Assembly (NCBI GenBank): GCA_025458105.1
Contig: JALOTD010000007.1
Span: 21,712 to 85,711, forward strand
Direction: 5' to 3'
Source: Tabrizicola sp.
GTDB lineage: Bacteria; Pseudomonadota; Alphaproteobacteria; Rhodobacterales; Rhodobacteraceae
DNA length: 64,000 nt
Shown one piece after another: positions 1-7,853 of this stretch (position 1 is its first letter; each line of letters begins with the position of its first letter). Below the pieces are notes generated by a model. That model saw only the letters and a list, made by a program, of their open reading frames with translations. It had not been told where the DNA came from and made no database searches. The position numbers and the translations under genes are program-made.

Positions 1-399
1 GGGGCGATCCAGAAGGGCTTCCGGGTGCTGGCGGGTTACATCTTCGGCGGCAATGCCACGGGCGAAAAGATCTCGATGACGGTTCCTGTCGCGCAATCTC
101 CACAAGGCGAGACCTGGGTCGTCAGCTTCATGATGCCCGCCCGCTATACGACCGACACGCTTCCCGCGCCGAAGACCGACACCATCCGCTTTGTGCAGGC
201 CAGCCCGTCCCGGCAACTCGTCGAGCGGTTTTCGGGCATCCCTAGCACCGAAAACCTGGCCGCACGGGCAGTGGAATTGCGCGCCTGGGCCACCGCACAG
301 GGCTACGAAATCCTGGCGGGGCCACACTACTACTTCTACGATGCGCCGATGACTCTGCCCTGGAAGCGACGGAACGAGGTGGCGTTTACCATCAGATAG
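1..399 (+). CDS. SOUL/HEBP-family heme-binding protein (5' end outside window)
   Basis: Open in frame from nt 1. The translation ..GYIFGGNATGEKISMTVPV..YYFYDAPMTLPWKRRNEVAF fits the SOUL family pattern as I remember it. Confidence 0.7.
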   Translation, partial: GAIQKGFRVLAGYIFGGNATGEKISMTVPVAQSPQGETWVVSFMMPARYTTDTLPAPKTDTIRFVQASPSRQLVERFSGIPSTENLAARAVELRAWATAQGYEILAGPHYYFYDAPMTLPWKRRNEVAFTIR

Positions 400-490
400 T
401 CTGCGCAACCGGTGCGCCTTGTCCCGAAAAATGGTTACGTCGCCGCCGTTGTCGCCCTGATCCCCAGGCCTGGACCTGCTTTAACAGGAC

Positions 491-679
491 CTACCTTGAC
501 GGTGTGCCCGAATGCAGTGCGGCCCGTTTACAAGCCTCGGTCCAGCACTGCCCGAGAGCGAGTTCCTCAAGCCCCTTCGCCATGCAAAAGGTATTGCTGC
601 CACAGGCAATCGCAGATGATGCCAGGACAGAGGTAAACACCATCAGCAAAGCAAGACCTTTTCGCACCACACCCTCCAT
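491..679 (-). CDS. small cysteine-rich secreted or lipoprotein candidate (about 60 aa)
   Basis: Signal-like N-terminus LALLMVFTSVLASSAIAC and four Cys. GGAGG lies just upstream of in-frame GTG codons. No family recognised. Confidence 0.35.
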   Translation of the reverse strand: MEGVVRKGLALLMVFTSVLASSAIACGSNTFCMAKGLEELALGQCWTEACKRAALHSGTPSR

Positions 680-813
680 TCCTTAAATCGCCCGGCATCA
701 ATATCCTCGGCGTGTGGAACGGAAACGGCTATCCGGGTAAGCTACGGATTTGGCTCAGTGAAAATACGGACACACTTACGTGGAACACAGCCAGATGTGC
801 ACCCGGACATGGT

Positions 814-1044
814 CTACTGCGTGCCAGCCGCGACAGCCTCGAGAATATCGCCAGGCTGGCAGTCCAGCGCTGCACAGATCGCGGCCAGCGTCTCAAATCG
901 GATGCCCTTCACCTTACCAGATTTCAGGAGGCTTAAGTTCTGTTCGGTAATCCCGATCCGCTCGGCAAGCTCGCGTGAGCGCATCTTGCGACGGGCAAGC
1001 ATCACGTCAAGGCGAACGACAATTTCCAGCTTGGGCACCTCCAT
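814..1044 (-). CDS. YozG-like Cro/C1 (XRE) helix-turn-helix transcriptional regulator
   Basis: 76 aa. LDVMLARRKM..ELAERIGITEQNLSLLKSGKVKGIRFETLAAICAALDCQPGDIL is the YozG-type HTH pattern. Its start overlaps the stop of the upstream membrane-protein gene. Confidence 0.85.
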   Translation of the reverse strand: MEVPKLEIVVRLDVMLARRKMRSRELAERIGITEQNLSLLKSGKVKGIRFETLAAICAALDCQPGDILEAVAAGTQ

Positions 1045-1568
1045 CAGACGAATCCCTCGTTCTCGGCCTTGATCCGCGCGGCTTCGCCCATAGCCCAGCC
1101 GATCACGGTCAGGAGGCCAGCTGCCAGCGCAAATCCCAAGGTGCCGCCGTCAAGTCCGATGGACAGCATGCGCTGCGGACCGTTCCAACTGAGGATCAGG
1201 GTCTGCAACGTGGGCGTCAGCACGGTAAAGAAGGCAACCAGAAGCAACGCGCGACCGATGGTCAGAATGCTGCCGGCGTTGGCGTCCGACAGGATATCGC
1301 CAGCACGATAGCTATCGAAAAGCCGAGCCATCGCTCGGAGTGCAGCCAGCATTGGCAGCACCGAGATCAGCGCGATGGCCGCGACAAGCGCCGCCTGGCT
1401 GCGGGTGACCGTCATATCGGGGGGCAAGCCCGGCACGCGGGACAGAAGCGAGGCAGGGTCGCTGACCGCCTTGCCCGCGTAGAGGAGGACGAGAACTGGC
1501 AGGACGACCGAAAGGGCCAGGGCCGTCCAGTACAGCGTCTGCGAAAGCCGGGTGAAGCGTTCTTTCAT
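1044..1568 (-). CDS. DUF2975-like multi-pass membrane protein
   Basis: 174 aa with several hydrophobic helices. It sits directly upstream of and overlaps the YozG-like HTH gene, which is the usual DUF2975 arrangement. The family call is from memory. Confidence 0.6.
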   Translation of the reverse strand: MKERFTRLSQTLYWTALALSVVLPVLVLLYAGKAVSDPASLLSRVPGLPPDMTVTRSQAALVAAIALISVLPMLAALRAMARLFDSYRAGDILSDANAGSILTIGRALLLVAFFTVLTPTLQTLILSWNGPQRMLSIGLDGGTLGFALAAGLLTVIGWAMGEAARIKAENEGFV

Positions 1569-1587
1569 CAGAATATCCCTTTGTGCG

Positions 1588-1602
1588 ACGATAATTTATC
1601 GT
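1588..1602. promoter_or_regulatory. candidate operator palindrome ACGATAA-T-TTATCGT
   Basis: Perfect 7+7 inverted repeat in the 70-bp AT-rich divergent spacer upstream of the DUF2975/HTH operon. A second palindrome, TTGAC-T-GTCAA, lies at 1615-1625. Confidence 0.3.
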
Positions 1603-1638
1603 ATAACAATAAAACTTGACTGTCAAAGGAGATTCTCA

Positions 1639-2193
1639 ATGCGCCTGCCATCCCTCTTTGCTTGCCTGGCCTTATCGGCCTGCGCTTCGGTCGTACCGTC
1701 GACGGCTGCGCGGCTTGCCGCAACCGACCCGTTGACTGCCGATCCCGGCGCGATTGCGCTGGTCGTGGTCCTGCCGCCGGGCCTGTCAGTCACGCCCGGA
1801 AGCGCCGTGCTGGAGTTCGGCGCGACGCGGGGCACGAAAAGCCGGAAGGGCCGCTATGTGCTGGCGGAGGAACCTGTGCCAGTTGGTGTTGTCGTTCAAC
1901 GGGATGGATCGGCACAGGGCTACACGCTGACCGATGCCGATGCGGAAAGCATGCGTGCGCTGCAGGCCGAGATTGCCGGCTGGAAGCGCGAGGGGGCGGC
2001 GCAGGGCAGCCTCAGCCTGGGGATCGGCGGCTGCGCGGTGGGGGACGGGCCAGCCCCGGATGCGGTGGGATCGGTCCTGATCCGGATGGCCGAAGACGGT
2101 CCGTTTCTGCCACTGATCCGCGAGGGCAAGCTGGCCGATCTTCTGGGGGCCGAGGTCCTGGCCGCGATCGAGCCTTGCAAAGGCGCGGAATAA
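1639..2193 (+). CDS. hypothetical lipoprotein
   Basis: ATG at 1639 is preceded by AAGGAG. The N-terminus MRLPSLFACLALSAC carries a lipobox. Confidence 0.6.
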   Translation: MRLPSLFACLALSACASVVPSTAARLAATDPLTADPGAIALVVVLPPGLSVTPGSAVLEFGATRGTKSRKGRYVLAEEPVPVGVVVQRDGSAQGYTLTDADAESMRALQAEIAGWKREGAAQGSLSLGIGGCAVGDGPAPDAVGSVLIRMAEDGPFLPLIREGKLADLLGAEVLAAIEPCKGAE

Positions 2194-2234
2194 GGCGTAG
2201 GCGCCCGGGCTTTGGTTGAGATTGGCCTCTTCGG

Positions 2235-2711
2235 GTGTTAGTCTTGGCCATGGCCCGGTGCGGGGGCCACTTGTCCGCGCGTGTCTTGGAGGACCCTGTC
2301 CTGTCGCATTCCGATCCCGCCACCGGCCTGCCGGTCGGTCCGCGTCCCGCCCTTTCCGAGGGTCCGACCTCGGATGCCGTGCTGGCCCTTGTCCTGAAAT
2401 CTGTCGATGACGACAAGGCCGAGGATATCGTGCAGATTGACCTGCGCGGTCGGTCCGACGTGGCAGACCACATGGTGATCTGCAGTGGTCGGTCGTCGCG
2501 CCAGGTGGCCGCAATCTCGGAAAAGCTTGCCGATCGCCTGAAACAGGAGATGCGGATCTCGGTCCGCATGGAAGGCAAGGAGACCGGCGACTGGGTGCTG
2601 ATCGACGCTGGCGATGTGATCGTGCATGTCTTCCGTCCAGAAGTGCGTGAGTTCTATCAGCTTGAAAAGATGTGGCTTCCGGCGGGAGTGACCCGCGCGG
2701 CGCAGGTCTGA
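2235..2711 (+). CDS. rsfS: ribosome silencing factor RsfS (iojap family)
   Basis: VLKSVDDDKAEDIVQIDLRGRSDVADHMVICSGRSSRQVAAISEKL..WVLIDAGDVIVHVFRPEVREFYQLEKMW. The start is uncertain: the track start is a GTG and the N-terminal 40-50 aa look like an extension. Confidence 0.85.
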   Translation: MLVLAMARCGGHLSARVLEDPVLSHSDPATGLPVGPRPALSEGPTSDAVLALVLKSVDDDKAEDIVQIDLRGRSDVADHMVICSGRSSRQVAAISEKLADRLKQEMRISVRMEGKETGDWVLIDAGDVIVHVFRPEVREFYQLEKMWLPAGVTRAAQV

Positions 2712-3181
2712 TGCGTCTGCACCTTTGCGCAGTGGGCCGCCTGCGGGCGGGGCCGGAACGCGCACTGGTTGATGATTACCTGCAAAGACTTGAGCGGACA
2801 GGGCGGCCCCTTGGCCTGGGTCCCGTGACGGAACACGAAGTCGAGGACAAGCGCGGCGGAGGAATGGCATCGGAGGGCGCGCTGCTTGCCCGCGCGATCC
2901 CCGAGGGCGCGGCGCTTTGCATCCTGGATGAGCGCGGCAAGGTCTTGTCTTCACCCGAGTTCGCACAAGCGCTGGCCCAGTTTCGCGATGGCGGGAGGCA
3001 GGATGCAGCCTTTGTCATCGGTGGAGCGGATGGTATCGACCCTTCCCTGCGGGGAAGGTCGGATCTGGTGATCAGCCTGGGACGGATGGTCTGGCCGCAC
3101 ATGCTGGTGCGGGTGATGCTGGCCGAACAGTTGTACCGCGCCGCGACGATACTGGCTGGGTCACCTTATCATCGGGTGTGA
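2711..3181 (+). CDS. rlmH: 23S rRNA (pseudouridine1915-N3)-methyltransferase RlmH
   Basis: ATG at 2711 overlaps the rsfS stop (TGATG). Motifs ILDERGK..SSPEFA..FVIGGADG..SLGRMVWPHMLVRVMLAEQLYRA are present, and the rsfS-rlmH synteny is conserved. Confidence 0.9.
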   Translation: MRLHLCAVGRLRAGPERALVDDYLQRLERTGRPLGLGPVTEHEVEDKRGGGMASEGALLARAIPEGAALCILDERGKVLSSPEFAQALAQFRDGGRQDAAFVIGGADGIDPSLRGRSDLVISLGRMVWPHMLVRVMLAEQLYRAATILAGSPYHRV

Positions 3182-3242
3182 CCGAGGGTCCTAATTTCCG
3201 CCGTTCTCTGCATTAAATCAGACCGTTAGCAGAGTTTTCGGC

Positions 3243-3275
3243 GTCTGGCTTGAGTCTGGCATCTGTCTGGAATCC
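3243..3275. repeat. three direct GTCTGG repeats with exact 11-bp phasing
   Basis: GTCTGGCTTGA GTCTGGCATCT GTCTGGAATCC. It lies in the convergent spacer between rlmH and the DMT transporter gene. Confidence 0.6.
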
Positions 3276-3326
3276 GTATAGACGTGCGCCATGGCTGCGG
3301 GGCGTTAACCATCGTCAGCGAATCAG

Positions 3327-4178
3327 CTAGCGCTGGGTCAGCGCAAAGATCCCCGACCCCACGACCAAAGCCGCGCCGATCCAGGTGGCAAGGTCGGGCC
3401 GTTCACCGAAAAGCGCCATCGCCAGTGCCAGAGCAAAGACCAGCCGCGTGTAACGGAAGGGCGTGACGGCGGAGACATCTCCGGTTCGCATGGCGTAGGT
3501 TAGGGCGTGATAGCCAAGCATGCCGAACACCGTTCCCCCGGCCAAATGCGCCATGGCCACTGGCGACGGCAGATGCGCCCCACCGGTGACCGCCAGAAGC
3601 ACCGCCCCGGCAGCGGCGAGCATGGCAAAGCCAAGCGCGCCGAGCTGGCGGTTCGACAGGCCCTTGGGCGCGGCGCGGGTGGCAAGGTCGCGGCCTGCGA
3701 ACCCAAGAAGGCCGATGACGGCGAGGAGCGACAAGGCCGAAAAGTCCGACCCCGGGCGCAGGATCACCAGGACGCCCGCAAAGCCCACCAGCACGGCCAG
3801 CCAGCGCTGCAGGCTGACCCTTTCGCCAAAGACCAGCGCCGCGCCCGCGACGACAACCAGAGGCGTGGCCTGCAGGATGGCCGAGGTGGTGGAGAGCGCG
3901 GTCAGGGTGATGGCGAGGCCGTAGAAGAGCCGCCCAGTGATCTCGAACCCGCAGCGGATCAGCATCGGGCGCGACAGGAAGGCTGGGGGGAGGAGCGCCT
4001 CGCCAGCCCGTGCGGCCATGGCGGCGAAGACCAGCATGCCCGCCAGCCCGATGGTCAGGAGGACCTGTCCCAAGGGCAGAGTCTGGGCGGCGGCCTTGAC
4101 GAAGACGTCCTCGACCGCGAAGCCCGCCATCGAGGCGGTCATGTAAAGCGCGCCGCGCTGGTTGTCGGTCAGGGGCAT
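3327..4178 (-). CDS. DMT-superfamily (EamA-type) transporter
   Basis: About 10 hydrophobic helices in two EamA-like halves. ATG at 4178 chosen (MPLTDNQRGALYM..), but the ORF is open up to 4205. Confidence 0.8.
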   Translation of the reverse strand: MPLTDNQRGALYMTASMAGFAVEDVFVKAAAQTLPLGQVLLTIGLAGMLVFAAMAARAGEALLPPAFLSRPMLIRCGFEITGRLFYGLAITLTALSTTSAILQATPLVVVAGAALVFGERVSLQRWLAVLVGFAGVLVILRPGSDFSALSLLAVIGLLGFAGRDLATRAAPKGLSNRQLGALGFAMLAAAGAVLLAVTGGAHLPSPVAMAHLAGGTVFGMLGYHALTYAMRTGDVSAVTPFRYTRLVFALALAMALFGERPDLATWIGAALVVGSGIFALTQR

Positions 4179-4287
4179 GGGTTGTCTTTCCAGGGGCTGG
4201 CGCAAAACCCCCTCCCCTGCCCTTCCCCTTGCAGGGAGAGGGGGCGCGGGAAGGTTGGCGCGTCGCCCGGAAAGGCCGGGGGAAGGC

Positions 4288-5316
4288 TCACCGCGCGCCC
4301 CAGGTGTCAGACAGCCGGTACCCCTGCGGCCAGGGATCGGCGGGGTCCAGCATGTGCTGGTGCGTGCCCGTTATCCAGGCGCGGCCCGAGATTTCGGGAA
4401 GGATGGCGGGCAGATCGCCGACCTTCGCCGCCCCGACGATCCGTCCCTCGAACTGCCCGCCGATCAGCGAGCGTGCCCGCAGGACCTCCCCAGGGGCGAT
4501 CTGGTCTTTGGCGGCCATCAGCGCGAGGCGGGCGGAGACGGCGGTGCCGGTCGGCGAGCGGTCGATCTTGCCGGGGCGGATCGAGACGGCGTGGTGCGTC
4601 TCCCACCCGTCGGCCACCTTAGTGAGCGGCCCGGCGAAAAGGCAGAAGGAGAAGTGCCGCCAGTCGGGATTTTCGGGGTGATGGAAGCCCAGCTGTTCGT
4701 CGGCGGCCTTGGTGATCTGAACGCCGAGTTTCGCCATGGCATGGGCATCGTCGGGTGCGTGGCTGAAGCCCAGCGCCTGGGCGTCGACCACGACGAAACT
4801 GTCGCCGCCATAGGCGGTATCAACGGAAATCCGGCCAAGGCCGGGGACGTCCAGCGGCACGGCAATCTTGTCGGCGAAGGAGGGGAGGTTCCGGACATGG
4901 ATGCATTCGGTCTTGCCGTCCTTGCAGTCGGCGCGGACCTTCACCAGGCCGCCGGGGGCTTCGAGGGTCAGTTTCGTTACCGGCTCAGTCATCGGGATGA
5001 TCCCGCTGTCCAGAAGCACGGTCGCCACGCAGATGGAGTTGGAGCCGGACATGGGCGGGTTGTCCTCGGGCTCCATGATGATGAAGCCCATCTGCGCGCG
5101 GGGGTCCTTGGGGGGAACCAGCAGGTTCACGTGCCGGAACACGCCACCGCGCGGTTCGTTCAAAAGGAAATTGCGCAGGGTCTGGTCGCGCCAGAGCGCC
5201 TCGCGCATCTCCCACAGGGTGCTGCCTGCGGGCGGGGCTACGCCGCCGACGATGACGTCACCGACCTCGCCCTCGGCATGGGCGGAGATCACGTGGATGG
5301 TCTTGGTGCTGCGCAT
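4288..5316 (-). CDS. proline racemase superfamily protein with an atypical catalytic pair
   Basis: [19 protein letters not shown].., NEPRGG.., [15 protein letters not shown] and [14 protein letters not shown] are present. Start taken at MRSTKT (5316). Confidence 0.8.
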   Translation of the reverse strand: MRSTKTIHVISAHAEGEVGDVIVGGVAPPAGSTLWEMREALWRDQTLRNFLLNEPRGGVFRHVNLLVPPKDPRAQMGFIIMEPEDNPPMSGSNSICVATVLLDSGIIPMTEPVTKLTLEAPGGLVKVRADCKDGKTECIHVRNLPSFADKIAVPLDVPGLGRISVDTAYGGDSFVVVDAQALGFSHAPDDAHAMAKLGVQITKAADEQLGFHHPENPDWRHFSFCLFAGPLTKVADGWETHHAVSIRPGKIDRSPTGTAVSARLALMAAKDQIAPGEVLRARSLIGGQFEGRIVGAAKVGDLPAILPEISGRAWITGTHQHMLDPADPWPQGYRLSDTWGAR

Positions 5317-5367
5317 GGGGGCCTCTGCCCGGAAGGTGGCCGGGCAGAGGCGGAATGACAAGGGGCC

Positions 5368-6399
5368 TCAGACCAGGCTGAAGGCAAGCCCGGCCAGGAA
5401 GGCGCCGGTCAAGGAGAGGCCAAGGTAAAGCGCGAAGACGCGGGGGCGGACCAGCGCCCAGACGGCCATGGCGGCGGGGATCGAGGTGACGCCGCCTGCG
5501 ATGAGGAAGGCCAACGCGGCGCCGGGCTGCAGGCCCTGCTCCATCAACCCGCTGACCAGGGGCAGGGCGGCATAGCCGTTCAGGTAAGCGGGGACGCCAA
5601 CCAGCGTGGCCAGGACGATCGGGCCAAGACCGGTGCCGCCAAGGTGGGTCGCGATGGTTTCAGCCGGGATGAAGGCGAGCATCAGGCTTTCCAGGAGGAA
5701 GGCGAGCACCAGCCACTGGACGAGGAAACGTGCGGTGCGGAACAGTTCTGTGCCAAAGGTCTGGCGGCGGGTTGGGTCCTGCCAGACGGCCCAGGCGATG
5801 GGCTTTGTCCCGCGCGCCTTGGCTTTGGCCGAGCAGGAGCAGGACGTGGCCCCGTCGCGCAAAGTCTGCGCGCCGAGCCAGCCGCCAAGCGCCTGCGTGA
5901 CGGTGCCGCCCAAGAGGCCAAGGCCAATGGCGGCGGCCGTCTTGGCAAGCGCGAAGTCAAGGCCGAGGATGCCCCAGGTCAGGACGAACATCTCGGGGTC
6001 CATGATCGGCGAGGCGAGCCAGAAGGCCATGACGGGGGCGAGGGGCACACCCATGGCCAGGAGGGCTGCAATGATCGGGATGACGCCGCAAGAGCAGAAG
6101 GGAGAGAGCGCGCCGATCAGGGCGGCGAGCACGATCATGCGGGCCGGGCTGCCGGTGAAGGCGCGGGCGATCACTGCATCGGCACCCGAGGCGATTGCAT
6201 AGGCGGCCAGTGCGGCAGAGGCGAGGAGGAACGGCAGGACGCCGACCAGGGCGTCAACGGTGAAGCGGGCAGTTTCGACCCCTTGGGCCGGCGACACCAG
6301 GGCGACAAGCGCGAGGAGGGCCAGGCTGGCAAGACCGACGCGCCAAGGCTTGAGACGCAGAGTCAGCGGGGATGGGGCAGGAGGAGCGAGAGTGTTCAT
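5368..6399 (-). CDS. permease of the ArsP_1 / predicted-permease family with Cys-x-Cys motifs
   Basis: 343 aa polytopic membrane protein with LSPFCSCGVIP and SCSCSAKAKA motifs. It lies immediately downstream of an ArsR-family regulator. Confidence 0.65.
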   Translation of the reverse strand: MNTLAPPAPSPLTLRLKPWRVGLASLALLALVALVSPAQGVETARFTVDALVGVLPFLLASAALAAYAIASGADAVIARAFTGSPARMIVLAALIGALSPFCSCGVIPIIAALLAMGVPLAPVMAFWLASPIMDPEMFVLTWGILGLDFALAKTAAAIGLGLLGGTVTQALGGWLGAQTLRDGATSCSCSAKAKARGTKPIAWAVWQDPTRRQTFGTELFRTARFLVQWLVLAFLLESLMLAFIPAETIATHLGGTGLGPIVLATLVGVPAYLNGYAALPLVSGLMEQGLQPGAALAFLIAGGVTSIPAAMAVWALVRPRVFALYLGLSLTGAFLAGLAFSLV

Positions 6400-6451
6400 T
6401 TTCTATATCCTTAGTTTTATAGTTTCTTTTGGCCGAGAAAAGGCCGGGCGT

Positions 6452-6772
6452 TCAGCCGGTGGCCTCCTCCGGGGTCAGGGCGGGCAGGCCTGCGCAGCAT
6501 TCCGCGACAAGGAAGCTGGAAAGGCGACGGATGGCGGTGAATTCGGCGTGGTTCACCACCTCGCGGCCGATCTTTTCTTGCGAGACAAGACCGGCGTCGA
6601 CGAGGGTGCCCAGATGATGGGCAAGGGTCGAGGGCGCAATGCCAAGATGCGCGCCGATCTGACCGACGTTCAGACCACCGTCCCCGGCCTTGATCAGAAG
6701 GCGGAAGATCGACAGCCGGGCATCATGGCCAAGGGCTGCAAGGGCGCGGGCTTCTGGGGTCATCGTGGTCAT
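6452..6772 (-). CDS. ArsR/SmtB-family metalloregulator
   Basis: LAALGHDARLSIFRLLIKAGDGGLNVGQIGAHLGIAPSTLAHHLGTLVDAGLV is a winged HTH. A C-terminal ECCAG cysteine pair is present. Confidence 0.85.
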   Translation of the reverse strand: MTTMTPEARALAALGHDARLSIFRLLIKAGDGGLNVGQIGAHLGIAPSTLAHHLGTLVDAGLVSQEKIGREVVNHAEFTAIRRLSSFLVAECCAGLPALTPEEATG

Positions 6773-6820
6773 AGGGTCTATATAACTACGAATCTAGTTT
6801 TGTAAAGCGAATACGAAGAC

Positions 6821-6848
6821 GCCGCTGGCCAGGGCTGTGGCCAGCGGC
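6821..6848. terminator. GC-rich hairpin downstream of dapA
   Basis: GCCGCTGGCCA-GGGCTG-TGGCCAGCGGC, a perfect 11-bp stem. There is no clear U-tract. Confidence 0.4.
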
Positions 6849-6884
6849 GACAATTCCAGGGTCGCACTGCGCGACCAAAGGGCC

Positions 6885-7757
6885 TCAGATCAGCCCGGCG
6901 TGCTTCATGGCGGCCTTGATCTTGGCCTTGGTCCCGTCGGTCAGGCCGACCAGCGGCAGGCGGACTTCCTCGGAGCAGAGGCCGAGAAGCGAGAGGCCGT
7001 ACTTGGCACCGACGAGACCCGGTTCGATGAAGATCGCCTCATGCAGGGGCATCAGACGGTCCTGGTATTCCAACGCCTTGGCGTAGTCGCCGCGGAGCGT
7101 CGCCTCCTGGAACTCGGCGCAGAGGCGCGGGGCGACGTTCGCGGTGACCGAGATGCAGCCGACCCCGCCATGGGCGTTGAAGCCCAGCGCGGTCGCGTCT
7201 TCACCCGAAAGCTGGATGAAGTCGGCACCGCAAGAGGCGCGCTGCATCGAGACGCGCTCGATCTTGCCCGTCGCGTCCTTGACCCCGATGATCCGGGGCA
7301 GCTTGGCCAGCGTTCCCATCGTCTCGGGCGACATGTCGATCACCGACCGGCCGGGGATGTTGTAGATCACGATCGGCAGCTGGCAGCAGTCGTGCAGCGC
7401 GGTGTAATGCGCGATCAGGCCAGCCTGCGTGGGCTTGTTATAGTAGGGCGTCACGACCAGCGCCGCCGTGGCCCCCACCTTTTCGGCATGACGCATCAGG
7501 CTGATGCCTTCGACGGTGTTGTTGGACCCCGCCCCGGCGATGACAGGTACGCGGCCCGCAACGATGGCGACGACTTCTTCGATCACCCGCTGGTGCTCGG
7601 CATGGCTGAGCGTCGGGCTTTCCCCGGTCGTGCCAACCGGAACGATCCCGTGCGAGCCTTCGGCAATGTGCCAGTCCACAAGTTTCTTCAGCGTCACCAG
7701 ATCCAGCTCGCCGTTCTTGAACGGCGTCACCAGGGCAGGAAGGGACCCTCTGATCAT
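6885..7757 (-). CDS. dapA: 4-hydroxy-tetrahydrodipicolinate synthase
   Basis: [53 protein letters not shown]. Start taken at MIRGS. Confidence 0.92.
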   Translation of the reverse strand: MIRGSLPALVTPFKNGELDLVTLKKLVDWHIAEGSHGIVPVGTTGESPTLSHAEHQRVIEEVVAIVAGRVPVIAGAGSNNTVEGISLMRHAEKVGATAALVVTPYYNKPTQAGLIAHYTALHDCCQLPIVIYNIPGRSVIDMSPETMGTLAKLPRIIGVKDATGKIERVSMQRASCGADFIQLSGEDATALGFNAHGGVGCISVTANVAPRLCAEFQEATLRGDYAKALEYQDRLMPLHEAIFIEPGLVGAKYGLSLLGLCSEEVRLPLVGLTDGTKAKIKAAMKHAGLI

Positions 7758-7853
7758 GACGCTTCTCGCTGTTGGGCGGTGCAAAGCCAAGTCTTTGCCC
7801 ACTGACGGAACTGTGGGTTGTGGAGGAGAGTCCGGTCAGGCAGATTCAGTCCC

